A DNA stretch of 64,000 bases from contig RDEW01000063.1 of the NCBI GenBank assembly GCA_011109175.1, positions 1 to 64,000 of the forward strand, written 5' to 3'. This document shows, one piece after another, positions 11,176-23,479 of this stretch (positions are counted from its first letter, which is position 1; each line of letters opens with the position of its first letter). The position numbers and the translations under genes were made by a program. Source of the DNA: Dicyema japonicum (taxonomy: Eukaryota > Animalia > Dicyemida). The notes under the pieces were generated by a model that saw only the letters and a list, made by a program, of their open reading frames with translations, searched no databases and was not told the DNA's origin.

Positions 11176-13244
11176 TTATAATTTTGTTAAATGAAGCATT
11201 ATTCTCTTTTGTTTAATATTCTTATGCAGAAAATAGATCACAAGAATAATGACGATGATCGCTGGAATCAGTAAATAAATAAATTTATCTATTTGATATT
11301 AAATTTACTAGAAAAGGTAGTTTTTTCGTTTGCACCAAATTTTTCAAAATTCTCGGAGGAAAAAACTGTGTTTTTTGAATTGAAATCGTTGTTCCCTGGC
11401 GCTAAAAATAATTCATAAATAAACATTCCATTGAAATTTCTAAACAAAAATATACTTTAAACCAGTATTTAGAAAATATTTTTATATAAAAAAAATAACA
11501 TGAAATTAAACCTGCTATAGAAGTTGTAAGAGTTGTTATAACCATTGTAGTTGGAGTTGCAGTGAGGACTGGGAATCATGCATGACTATACCTGCTGGAA
11601 ACATAATATTATCAACTAATGGGTATCACAAAACATTATACATTTCTTGGATTCATTTGCAGTATCTAAAATAAATTACTAGTCATTATACCTGATGTTG
11701 TTGTATGAGTTGAATCTAGTAAAAATATCATCCATTATACCTGTCGTTAATAGATTCGTTGAAGCTAGCGTAAATTACAAGTCATGATACCTGCTGTTGA
11801 TGAATTAGTAGAAGCTAGTAAAATGACCATTCATCATACCTGCTGTCGACGGAGTAGTAGATGCTAGCGGAAATGACCAGTCATAATACCTGCTGTTGAT
11901 GAATCAGTAGAATCTAGTAAAATCACCATTCATCATACCTGATGTCGACGAAATAGTAACAGCTAGCGGAAATGACCATTCATCATACCTTGTGTCGACG
12001 GAGTAGTAGAAGCTAGCGGAAATGACCAATCATAATACCTGCTGTTGATGAATCAGTAGAATCTAGTAAAATCACCATTCATCATACCTGCTGTCGACGG
12101 AATAGTTATAGCTAGCGGAAATGACCATTCATCATACCTGCTGTCGACGGAGTAGTAGATGCTAGCAGAAATGACCAGTCATAATACCTGCTAATGATGA
12201 ATCAGTAGAATCTAGTAAAATCACAATTCATCATACCTGCTGTCGACGGAATAGTTATAGCTAGCGGAAATGACCATTCATCATACCTGCTGTCGACGGA
12301 GTAGTAGATGCTAGCAGAAATGACCAGTCATAATACCTGCTAATGATGAATCAGTAGAATCTAGTAAAATCACCATTCATCATACCTGATGTCGACGGAA
12401 TAGTAAAAGCTAGCGGAAATGACCATTCATCATACTTTGTGTCGACGGAATAGTAGAAGCTAGTAAAATGACCATTCATCATACCTGCTGTCGACGGAGT
12501 AGTAGAAGCTAGTAAAATGACTATTCACCATACCTGCTGTCGACGGAGTAGTAGAAGCTAGCGGAAATGACAATTCATCATACCTGCTGTCGACGGAATA
12601 GTAAAAGCTAGCGGAAATGACCAGTCATTATACCTGCAAATGATGAATCAATAGAATCTAGTAAAATCATCATTCATCATACCTGCTGTCGACGGGATAG
12701 TAGAAGCTAGTAAAATGACAATTCATCATACCTGCTGTCGACGGAATAGTAAAAGCTAGCGGAAATGACCAGTCATTATACCTGCAAATGATGAATCAAT
12801 AGAATCTAGTAAAATCATCATTCATCATACCTGCTGTCGACGGAGTAGTAGAAGCTAGTAAAATGACCATTCATCATACCTGCTGTCGACGGAGTAGTAG
12901 AAGCTAGTAAAATGACTATTCATCATACCTGCTGTCGACGGAGTAGTAGAAGCTAGCGGAAATAACCATTCATCATACCTGCTGTCGACGGAGTAGTAGA
13001 AGCTAGTAAAATGAGCATTCATCATACCTTTGGTTAATGGAATGGTAGAAGCTATCAGAAATTATCATTATATACCTTTCGTAGTCAAAGCTGTAGTACG
13101 TTTGACTTTTTTTAAATTCTAATTATAACTTTAATTGCTTATACTTTGATTGTACCTACTACACGATACTGAGGAGCTATTAATCAAAATATAAAAATTA
13201 CCTGATTTAATAGTGAAAAATAATACGACAATCTCAACTATCAT
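11176..13244 (-). CDS. Type I membrane mucin-like protein, about 37 exons, about 370 aa
   Basis: All-canonical GT-AG splicing gives MIVEIVVLFFTIKSA (signal-like), PQYRVVGTIKNLKKVKR, 30 octapeptides of the ASTTPSTA/DSTDSSTA type, then a TM helix FIYLLIPAIIVIILVIYFL and basic tail HKNIKQKR; no stops in any exon. Confidence 0.85.
11570..13080 (-). repeat. 49-50 bp tandem array; each unit is a 24-nt exon plus a micro-intron
   Basis: 31 donor sites at about 49-50 bp spacing; consensus unit CTTCTACTACTCCGTCGACAGCAG|GTATGATGAATGGTCATTTTACTAG. Confidence 0.95.
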
Positions 13245-13890
13245 CTAATTTAGACGTTAGTCTTCATTATAAATATGTCTATAAGAATTCGACCTTATTT
13301 AATCCGAACACATTCTTTTTAAAAGTGCATTCGGATGTTATATCAGTTATTTTTTAAACTGTATTCGGCAGATGTATATTATCCCGATGGATGGAATAGT
13401 TATACTTTTGTATGGGAGGCATTGGGTGTCTTCTGAGTAAGGTATCCAATGATCTGAAGAAGGAAGAGAAATTTTCAACCAATTGACCATATAGCACCAC
13501 ATAGCGCCTCACGGACGTATGCATATGAAACTTCCAAAGTTCTAGATTGTATCTGAGGTTATAAAATATTAATGAGGACCATAAAGACCGTGATGATCCG
13601 AAGTAGTGTAGAAACTATCAGGATTATCCAAGCTCGGTATTTATTCTTAGACTTCGGCACATCAAAACACACCAAATTTTATTTCCATGACAACGACTAT
13701 GGAATCGACTGAGGCGTTTCAGTTCAACTGATGCATTGGTCAAAAATCTCACGTCTCAAACTTAAAAGTATTCATATTTCCCCCAGAATGCCAAATCTAA
13801 TCTCACTTTCTCCAGAGACTCCGAGAACGTTCTAGCCGTCTATTTCCCTTGTTTTCGAAAGGTAATATATTTAAATAGCTATGGCCTTCA

Positions 13891-16800
13891 CTTTTGGTTG
13901 AGGTGGTGACGTCCCTCTATAGCACACATGTCTAATACGCATTTGAATAATCCTTTCTGGTTTTCTACCCTTACCTTCAATGCCAGGGGCCTTAATGACT
14001 GGTCGAAGAGGCACCAACTATGTCTGGACCTTGCAAAATATGGATGCTCTGTTTGCTGTCTCCAAGAAACGAAGCTCAGAAAAGGACTCGATGAAAACCT
14101 TGGAGACTACAGACTAATCCTCTTTCCATCGTACTGTAAACACTATGGACAGGGTTTCGCTGTTCACAAGAATTTTCTCCCCAGATTACATCGATATTGG
14201 AAAATTGATGACAGGATATGTGTTATTCAATTTCTTATTGGACCCAAAGGGAAGTCCAGGCAACTAATTTCCATTGTGAACGTGTACGCCCCACATAGTG
14301 GCCGTGTTGCCAAAAACCCAGAGGAATTGGACGTTTTCTACGAAGAACTTGTCGAGGTCGTATCTTCTCTGAAGTTTTCATCGTTCCTCTTTATCGCTGG
14401 TGATTGGAATGCTAAAGCTGGGGTACATCAAGGACACGAACGTTTTATTGGACCACATGGAAGGGGGATCAGGAACTATTCTGGTACTGCTCTGGCATAT
14501 TTCTGCGAATCCTTTGATTTATTCCTGTGCAATACTCAATTCCAACATTCCGCACGCCACAAGACAACGTGGATGGGCACTAGACTATCGACCACCGGAA
14601 ATCTGATAAGGATTTATAATCAGATCGATTATATTCTGTGTCGAGAAAAGACAAATCTCTCTTACGGGACTCGAGATCTTATGGAGGACTAACTGTTAAC
14701 AGTGATCACAAAAGTGTGTCAGCAAGATTCAGCTTAAGACTTGGTCCAACTGCGGAGGAGTTCCTCTACGGGATAACTAATAGAAGATGCTTCTTCCAAA
14801 CACATCGTGGTGGAGATTCCACGCGATCAAGAAGGTATATGACTGAACTCTTGGGCTCTTCACCAAAAGTACAAGCAGACTATAAAGAATGTGTATAAAT
14901 CGGCAATCTTTCACCAGGAAAGGCATGGCTCGAAACTAGGAGAGGGATCATTTCCGCTGCCGACAAACATCTGGGGGAACTTAAACCCCATAGCGGTCAG
15001 CGTCACCCGGAAGTGTCAGCCCTATTGAATTTGCAAAAGAACTTAAGGCTTAGATCCGAAAATACTGTCGATCCTCAGACTGTTTGCAAACTGAAACAAG
15101 AACGAAGGCAAATTGAGAGAAAAATCAAACTCCTAAACAGACTACATCACACTAGTCAGTTGGAAAGCAAGATCAGAGAGGTAGAAAACCTTAAAGACAA
15201 TGCTGCGACATTCATGGCTATACGACTAATACGGAGGAAGAGCCAATCAGTGAAACTTATTTTGCATGACAGTAATGGAAAAACAATAGGAAATGTTGCA
15301 GAACAGACAGAGTTCATAGCATCACATATTGAACAACTGTTCTTTGTAAAAGGAGAAAAATCAGATTTCACGCCTAAGAACACAACACTTGAACGGATCA
15401 TTTCACCAAGGAGGTTTGCATGGCGATAAGGAAACTTAAATCTGGGCGCTCTCCAGGACCAGATAATATACCATCTGAATTGCTAAAGTTTGGCCCTCCA
15501 GAACTTGCAGATAAACTCTCAAAATTGCTGAATGACATGATAGAAAACAAGGACTTTTCAGAAATTGGAAAGGGGATACTAGTACCAGTTCAAAAAGGTA
15601 ATAAACCCCCTGGGCCAGTTGAAAACCTGCGCCCTGTCATCCTTCTAAACACCTTAAGGAAGATCCTTGCCCTAATTACTCTTAATCGGATCCAAGAGCC
15701 GGTGGACGGGTACTTGGCCCAGAGCCAGAGTGGTTTTAGGACAGGGAGATCAACGGCTGATGTAGTATGGTGCCATAGATGGCAATGTGCTATTCAACAA
15801 AGATTCCGGAGCTCAAAGACTATCCTTGGAATTGATCTGACCAGAGCTTTCGACACTGTCCGTCGGGGAAAACTCATTGAAGTGCTTGAAAGTTTCCTGG
15901 ATAAGGACTCGGTTATTCTGATACGGATACTCTTATCAAACACGAGGTTACGAGTGCGTATTGGAAAATGTTTGTCACGGGAAATTATTTCAACAGTGGG
16001 CACACCCCAAGGAGATTCCCTTTCCCCAGTATTGTTTGCTATATACCTTGAATCGGCTCTGCAAGACCTCCGGAAGTATTACAACAATGATATTATGGAG
16101 ATCGTGTATGCCGATGATGTTGACTTTATCTCGACTGACAAAGAAGCACTCTTACGTCTCTTGGAGGTTGCATCAGGCTGTTTGGCCAAATGGTGTCTAT
16201 CACTGAATGTTCAGAAAACGGATATTGTTGAAATTAAGCGGATGGAACTACGCAATAGTGAATGTTGGAGGAAGACCGTAAAGCTTGGCTCTCTTCTCGG
16301 AGACTCCGAAGACATTGCAAGAAGAAAATTGTTATCTACGGTTACTATGCAAAAACTTATGAAATGTTGGATAAGAAAATGCTCGGTCGGGCCATCACTC
16401 CGACTCAGGTTGTATGAGGCGTTCGTGAGGTCCATACTAACATACAACTCTGGGACGTGGGGAATTTCGAAAACGGACGAACAAAACCTTGACTCCTTTT
16501 ACAGAAGGCAACTTCGGTCTCTCTTGGGACTAAAGTGGCCAATGCGTGTAGGGAGTGAAAATTTATATAGAAGATGCGGTTCCGGACCTCTGAGCACCAT
16601 GATCATGAAGGCTCGCTGGAGATTGTTTGGCCATATTCTCAGATTGGAACAAGACACGCCAGCAAACGTCGTCATGGAAGAATACTTCGATACGTCAGGG
16701 GAGAAGTTCAGAGGTCGTCCAAGAATAACTCTTCCGGAAGTCCTTAATGGTGACCTGAGATCAGTAACCAGACACTAAAGGACGGTGAAGACCTTAGTAG

Positions 16801-16920
16801 TCTGCGGACTTGGCATCGGACAGGAGGGGATGGGAAAGGCTAATTAAGAGGATTGTTCAGACGCGGCACGAATAGAATTATAGTTTATATGATTCTATGT
16901 AGTTGCTTATAATAATAATA
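13891..16920 (+). mobile_element. Full-length RTE-clade LINE (single APE-RT ORF, a few frameshifts) with 10-bp TSD
   Basis: ATGGCCTTCA at 13881-13890 and 16921-16930; 37-nt 5'UTR; TFNARG, LQETK, GDWNA, QIDY, QSGFR, GTPQGDSLSP and YADD motifs; (TAA)n tail. Confidence 0.95.
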
Positions 16921-17099
16921 ATGGCCTTCAATCTTTTCCTGTTATTATTTAGTATGGTATATGCTATTTTATTTTAATTTTTTTAATTAACAAAAGACCA
17001 CGGTAAAACAAAACTAATTATCACGTGATCTCGATGCATCTAACAGAGACCTCATTTTTGCCCGTTGTTCTTCCTTCGTGCCGCGCATGAACGTACAGG

Positions 17100-17740
17100 A
17101 CGGCTGCCTGAATTTCAGGGCCAACTTCCCGTGATCTGGAGTCAAGTCTCATAATGGTATATGCTATGAAGCACAATATTGGATTACTGGATTTGAACTG
17201 AAGGATGCCTGATGAATTATGGAATGATATGTAGTTGGTTATCAAAAACGCTGTAATAAAACATGTCAAATACAAAACGCCGGCCAAGTGCTCTGAGTGG
17301 CTGTCTGTCAACACCATAAACATTGATGATGCTCTTAAGCTGCTAAAGTCTCTGGGAATATAGACGAAACAAGAAAACTTAACTCTGAATTCAAAAAGGA
17401 GCCAGGAAGGATAAAAAGACTACTGGAGGATACGCTGCAAAAATTGGAAAATGACTATAAGAGAGGACACATTTGGAATGCGTATTTACAACTAAAAAGA
17501 TTACGAGCCCCTTTTACAAAAATGATGGGCAAAATCAATGACAATGATGGTGTAGAATTGCTAAGCCAACTAAACATCCGAAATCGTTGGAGAGAATAGA
17601 CTATACTCAAAAACTATGTGCCCAACCATATATGTTGATGAAGCAACGTTGGGTGAAGGGCATAAAATCCTTGAGGAGGAATGCGTCTGGGCTACGCCGC
17701 AACACCACGGCAATGAAACATAGGAGATAATGTGACGATT
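17100..17740 (+). mobile_element. BovB/RTE-1-like LINE internal fragment
   Basis: Degenerate LDLN.RMPDELWND, KCSEWLS and LNSEFKKGARKDK resemble the BovB-type linker between APE and RT. Confidence 0.6.
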
Positions 17741-17900
17741 CCAATACTAAATGTAGATCGTTATCGTGGAGATCCACGAAATGTTGTACGAGTTATAAAA
17801 AAAATAATTTTTTCTTGTAAAAATATAATTTTAATATAATACAAACTTGTGTTCAATCGGTTGTCTTTAAGTGATCATCAAAGAGTAGTTTACAATTAAT

Positions 17901-18020
17901 CCGAGTGGCACAGTGGTTAGGTGTCGGGCTAAAGTGGGTTAGTTCACTGGTTCGATTCTTGCTGCTGTTCATTTGGTGGAAGGTTCCACGCATCTACGAT
18001 GCGGAAAGTGATGGTGCATA
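17901..18020 (+). mobile_element. tRNA-derived SINE (copy A)
   Basis: A box TGGCACAGTGG (17906-17916), B box GGTTCGATTCT (17949-17959); downstream core shared with 42110-42230; no tRNA acceptor stem seen. Confidence 0.6.
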
Positions 18021-18432
18021 GACATTTATAACGGTTAATAGACTCTTGGACGGGCATAGTTCATTTAGTTTGACTTGTAGGACACATATTCGGTCGTTGA
18101 CTCTCCAATGGCGATGTAATTTTTTGAGGTAATCCACGTGTAGGGCAAATCCCATGCCGTAGTGCTTGCATTCAGTTGGGAAGAGAATCAGTCGGTAGTT
18201 GTTCCATGTCTCATCGCGTCCATTTTCGATTTTCGTCTCTTGTAGGCAGCCAATAGATATTTTGTATTTCTCGAGATCGTTACAAAGTACTTTCCTTGTC
18301 CAATTTTTCGATATTCCACGTACGTTGAACGTCATTAGCCTGAGTTCTCGATTGTATGATGAGTGTTTTTCAGACATTTTTCTTAACCGTTGTACAGAGA
18401 AGAAACGAGGCACGTCACCACCTCACCAAAAA
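18020..18432 (-). mobile_element. RTE 5' end (APE N-terminus), same subfamily as 62931-64000
   Basis: MTFNVRGISK, LQETK, INVYAP; conserved 5' motif at 18412-18432. Confidence 0.8.
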
Positions 18433-18599
18433 ACTCCATTGTGTGCTCAATGCCTGCATGCCATAAAATATTTATTAGAAAAATTTCATGAGAAATACAA
18501 TTTTACTTACATTTTAATTTGATATATTTTCTTTATATTTCATCGCAAACAAACACGCAATTTTAATGGGCTCAGGTTAGCCCAAGAAGATTTCAAATA

Positions 18600-18950
18600 A
18601 GAAATTATACTCTGTAGCACAACCGAGGCCAATAAGCATCGACATTATTGAATCTAGGTGGAGACTGTTCGGCCATGTACTCAGAATGGACATAAACGTC
18701 CCTGCAAATATAATATTGGACAATTACTTTAACAATGAGAACAAACCATCATTCAAAGGAAGACCCAGAGTCACTCTACCCGTGGCTCTGAAAAAAAATC
18801 TTAATGGGATTAAAAGAAATCTTAAATCTGCAGAAGACCTAGAAAATCTAAGGACAGATGCGCAAAGCAGAGGTCGATGGAGACGCCTAGTGAAGCAGAT
18901 TGTGAATCGTGTGGCACAAACGGGACCTTAGTTAATATAACGTTCTTTGG
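18600..18950 (+). mobile_element. RTE 3' fragment
   Basis: RWRLFGHVLRM, KGRPRVTLP and RGRWRRLV motifs. Confidence 0.75.
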
Positions 18951-20104
18951 TTCTGTGAAAGTGCTTTTTTAAAATAATGATACTTTCTTTTGACTTAATG
19001 TTGAACTTAATTTTCAAAAAAACTATTGAAAATTCTGCTTTCATGGAGTTTCAAACCGAGGAGCTAAAAATACACTATGCTATGAGTTAAATCTCGATTT
19101 AGACAAAATTGGGATAAGTTTGGAAAGTCTACCATGAGGGTAACGATAAATTATTTGTTAGATGATAAATTCGTGAACGTTCTTAAACTACAAGCCACAT
19201 GTGGTTAACTATGAAGAACATATCGTGGATTCCTAACTGAGAGGTGTAATTATGATTATTGCCACTTACGCTATCTCAGTGATAAAGCGTGTGCAACACG
19301 GAAATTCAAATTATTAGTTACTTCTTTTATTTATTGGCGACTCTTTTTCATGTCCGTGATCCATCCGGTCATTTAGGTGTCCTGATTCTTTATGGTTTTC
19401 TTCAAGGACGGTCGGTATGGTTATCCTTGGTCGACTGAGTAAACGCCGTGCATTCAAAATAGTCCCCCATCTCCATGTTCACGGGAGTTCCTAGATACAG
19501 ACGAAGACATAGTGCTCTAATTTTCCAGATACTAGAGGGCCATCATAATAGACTCCTAGTGTTCTCTTATTTTCCACGTACCAGAAAAATAAATTTTTAA
19601 AAAATTTAAAATAAATTAGAAATAATAATCAAAATAAATTTTAATAATTTTTTTAGTATTTCAAAATTGGGACCTCTTCGCTAAATAATAATGTCGAACT
19701 ACTTTTTTAATGAAAATAACTTCAGATAATATCGGATCTTACTGTCGTCGGTTAGAATCCCTAAGATTGACTTTCAGAAAGCTCATTCTCGTCAAACAGA
19801 TCCCACCCGTGAGACGACTCATTCTTCTGGAACGACACATTGTTGAAAGGTATCTTCCCACCTTTTTGTGACCAAATCAACTCATGAAGAATTACCATGA
19901 AAACTCTACATTAATGTAAGCAAAACTGAATTTACTGAAATCGAAGAAAAGACGATATCGCTCATGAAAGATTAAGATGTACTAATAAGCTCGGCTCTCT
20001 ACTAAAAGACGCTGAAGATGGATAAAGGAAAAAAACACTGGCAAATGCAGCAATGGCTAAACTGAGGAAAGGATGGCTAAAAGCCAAAAAACTTGGAATT
20101 GACA

Positions 20105-20446
20105 TCAGANCTCACTTTGAGGTGTATTATCACCATATTTTAACCATGTCGCTGAAAACTTAACATCAACATGCGGGTTATCCATTACTTTGTAAAGGAC
20201 CGGGTGAATAGATCTTTTTAATAAAGGGTTTTTCTGCGACTTGATCAACACCTTCACATTTCCAACCACACTGTCATTGACACAATATATAGCACACAAC
20301 AATGCTTGTATAGTGCCTAGATGAGTGGCCCGTGCCGTTTCTATATTTATTATGGCACATTTCCTGTAAGACACACTAGACCCAGTCACCAGGGTGTCGT
20401 GCATCTTAAGGAGGATGCGCTCGCTCATGTGAGTCACTACAGACAA
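20105..20446 (-). mobile_element. Possible degenerate RNase H domain of a retroelement
   Basis: Loose resemblance to the E-x-x-A..AL / DS / V-x-F-x-W RNase H pattern; ORF runs into an N. Confidence 0.3.
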
Positions 20447-21902
20447 CCTCCGACTGAATTCATCGCATGGTAAATAGAGCCTTTCTTTATTCGCAGCTCG
20501 GAAATGGATTATCCCTTAGTATTTGTCTGATCATGCTATCAACGTCCATCGTACTCACACGACTATAACCTATCAACCCCACGTAATAATTAACCAATGA
20601 AATTACAAATTTGGTACCCCTTGTGATAGGCGAACAGAACGGAACATTTGAGTCCCGTATCACAATTTTTTAATTTTTTTAATAGCCTCGACAGTAGCAT
20701 TCTATATTATTTTTGGTGGGTTTTCCATGTCCATGTGAGCAATCGTNGAACATTTGAGTCCCGTATCACAATTTTTCAATTTTTTAATAGCCTCGACAGT
20801 AGCATTCTATATTATTTTTGGTGGGTTTTCCATGTCCATGTGAGCAATCGTCTTCTTAAACTCCAAACGATTGTTCTCACGAGCTTCGTGACACATGATT
20901 CTCCACTCATAACGATCCGCAATTAATTTATTCCTTCCAGCACTATTCCATAAAAAATTTTTCATATTAAGTGTGCAACCAAGAGCTCATGATCACTATA
21001 TGAGGAGATCCCTCCATAACTGGGTCGTTCATAATGGACAGATTTTAACAGTTTCTTCAAGGATCTTTTTCAGAGTACGTAATCTACCTGGTTATAAATT
21101 CGGACGTAATCTCCAATTTCGTTTTTTAGTCAGGTCCGTGTAGTTTTATGCCTTTCAGGATGTGTGAAAGCCGAATTACAATTAATCATATAAATTGTGA
21201 CTCTCCAGATATATTTCTGACCAGAGACAGTGTCATGACATGTATAGTGAGTCTAATTCGTCTGGGTTTTTAGAGACTTTTCCCACAGTACATATTGATA
21301 ATATAAATAAGGGATCCATTACCCTTCCCGTCTTTATCTGCTATCCTGTCATTAACCTCTTCATATTCTGTAGATTCTCACATCAAGATATTTGTGGACA
21401 GCAGAACCAATCCCGAAGACTAAATTCTCCATAGTTCTCATGGTCCAGCCTTTAATTTAGTTAGTTAAGTTATTATTAAGTAAACACTGCTAATTAAGTT
21501 ATGGGGGAAAGTAATACGAAACGGCTGGCTTGCCAACCGGTTTCTACTCAGATAACCTACACAAGAAATCAATAAAGCACAGGGTAATCCTCTTTTATTC
21601 CCTGGATACTACATATGGTGATCTTGCACGCTGCTAGTTCTCTGCTCAGTCTTCCCTTTTCCACCTCCCTTTAATCCTCGAACATTGAATGACGCCAGTG
21701 TGAAGAGTTTACTCAAATCATGTCAACAATAACTGCTAGTTTGAATATATTAATTTTTAAACAAAATCCTGTAAATTTTAAAGGAATAAAGACAGAATGA
21801 AAATTTTAATCCTAAAAATCAATCAAGTTACCACAGAAATTTGGTTATCAAATTAGTATCGATAATATTATATGAAAATCAATGATTTATAGATTAGTAG
21901 AG

Positions 21903-22977
21903 TTAGAAGATCACATTTGTGATAATGCCCTCACCATAGATGAAGTGTTGCCATGTTCGTTATTATAATTATTTCTTCGCATTCTCCGCATGTCCATTCT
22001 ATCCCTTACCTTTATGATATCTTCAGGAAAGTTTAAATTTATGATTGGTTCACAGTCCTCAAATGTTTGTTTGGAGAACTCGCATTCTTCGATGCTAACG
22101 AATAAATAAAACCATTATCAAATGATGACTTGGGAGCAGGTGACTCATATTCAGGTCTCTCAATTGGTTCTATAAAATTATCAAAAAAGAAACTAAAATT
22201 TTTATAATATTGGATTTCTTCAACATTGCTTGAAATTGTGACTCCGTTGCTCATAAAATAGTCGTAGGATTCCTGATCAACAACCAAAAGAGAAATATCT
22301 CCAGTAGATTCTCTGACCAAATCAACCACATTTTCGTGTTCCAAATTCTCAACATTAATATCGTTGACTTCAATAAGAATGTCGTCATTCTTTATTCCGG
22401 CCATATCCGCAAGGGAGTTATCAATAACATTTGTAAGTATGTGCTGATTATTCAATTCGTTTCTCTGGAGAGTAAATCCATATGATTCACTTTCGTTTAA
22501 TGTTATGTGACAGAGACGAGCAACTGGGCCATTTGTAGTTTCTTTTGATGCTCTCGGTGTTGAATCCGTAATTGGCATTTCATTTTGTTCTGTTACGTCA
22601 ATTTCTTGATGTAAATTATCTGAGGGTGATTGGAAGGCATTATCCTCACATTCGATTTCAGGGTTTTGAAGGTCTTCGATGTTGAATTTTACAGTTGGAA
22701 TTTCCTTTAAAGTCGGCTTCTCATTTCTAAGAACTTTCATTTGTATTTTTTTCTTGGATTTTTTAATTTTTTTAACGGCTTTATTAAAATTTATGGTAGT
22801 GAAATCACAACTGTCGACTGAGAGCACAATATCTCCTTCCATAAGTCCTGATTCTTCTGCAGGACTTTCTGGGATAATGCTGGAAATGTAAAATCTCTTA
22901 TCCTGTTTATCATCTTGAGTAAAATAAAATCCATAGCCGCTCTTTGAATGCCCGATATTTAGTAATACTTCACTCAT
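21903..22977 (-). CDS. NHERF/EBP50-like two-PDZ scaffold protein
   Basis: Two PDZ domains (SGYGFYF, ARLCHI..SYGFTL, LIEVNDINVE..HENVV); a 35-nt GT-AG intron links to EPIINLNF..KVRDRMDMRR..W, resembling the NHERF ERM-binding tail; likely 24-nt in-frame intron near 22190. Confidence 0.85.
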
Positions 22978-23089
22978 TCTGTTATGATTAGCGATTTTAA
23001 TTAAGCTTTTATTTTATAATTTAAATGTTATTTCTAAGATTAGATATTTAAAAATATAAATATTTTTGCAAATAAATTTTCTACGATAA

Positions 23090-23330
23090 TGCCTGTTTTT
23101 GTCGTACTCCGTCTATTCCACCCCGTTTACAGTTGCAACTGTCAACGTCAGAGGACTCGCTTCGAACACTAAACAGGAGACCTTATATTTGGATTTGGAA
23201 CGATACAAAGTCGATGAACTGCAGAGATGTGCGAGGATGGAAATTACATGGAGAAAACTGGTAGAACGGATAGTGAAGATCACGGCACAAGCGGAACCCT
23301 AAGTATTCATATGCTTATGGGTAATGCGAG
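23090..23330 (+). mobile_element. Internally deleted (bipartite) RTE derivative
   Basis: APE start ATVNVRGL..LYLDLERYKVD fused in frame to the RTE C-terminus TWRKLVERIVKITAQAEP*. Confidence 0.6.
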
Positions 23331-23479
23331 GGTGTATTTAACTAAACTAACAAACTACTTCCATAGAAAACAACATCTGTCTCTCCTAGGACTGAAAGGA
23401 ACGAAAAAGCCAATAACTTCTATCCACCTCTTGGGGGTTCCCGCAAAGACTGAAAATGCGAATAAGGAATAACGTTTGA

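Noticed and set aside
11570-13080. CRISPR array or non-coding satellite
   Set aside because: There are no unique spacers, the context is eukaryotic, and the units resolve into exon plus intron with a coherent protein
17901-17975. Functional tRNA gene
   Set aside because: Pol III boxes are present but I see no acceptor or anticodon stems, and the downstream core is shared with another dispersed copy, as expected for a SINE
20644-20850. About 105-bp tandem duplication
   Set aside because: The two copies meet at an N, which is typical of an unmerged contig overlap
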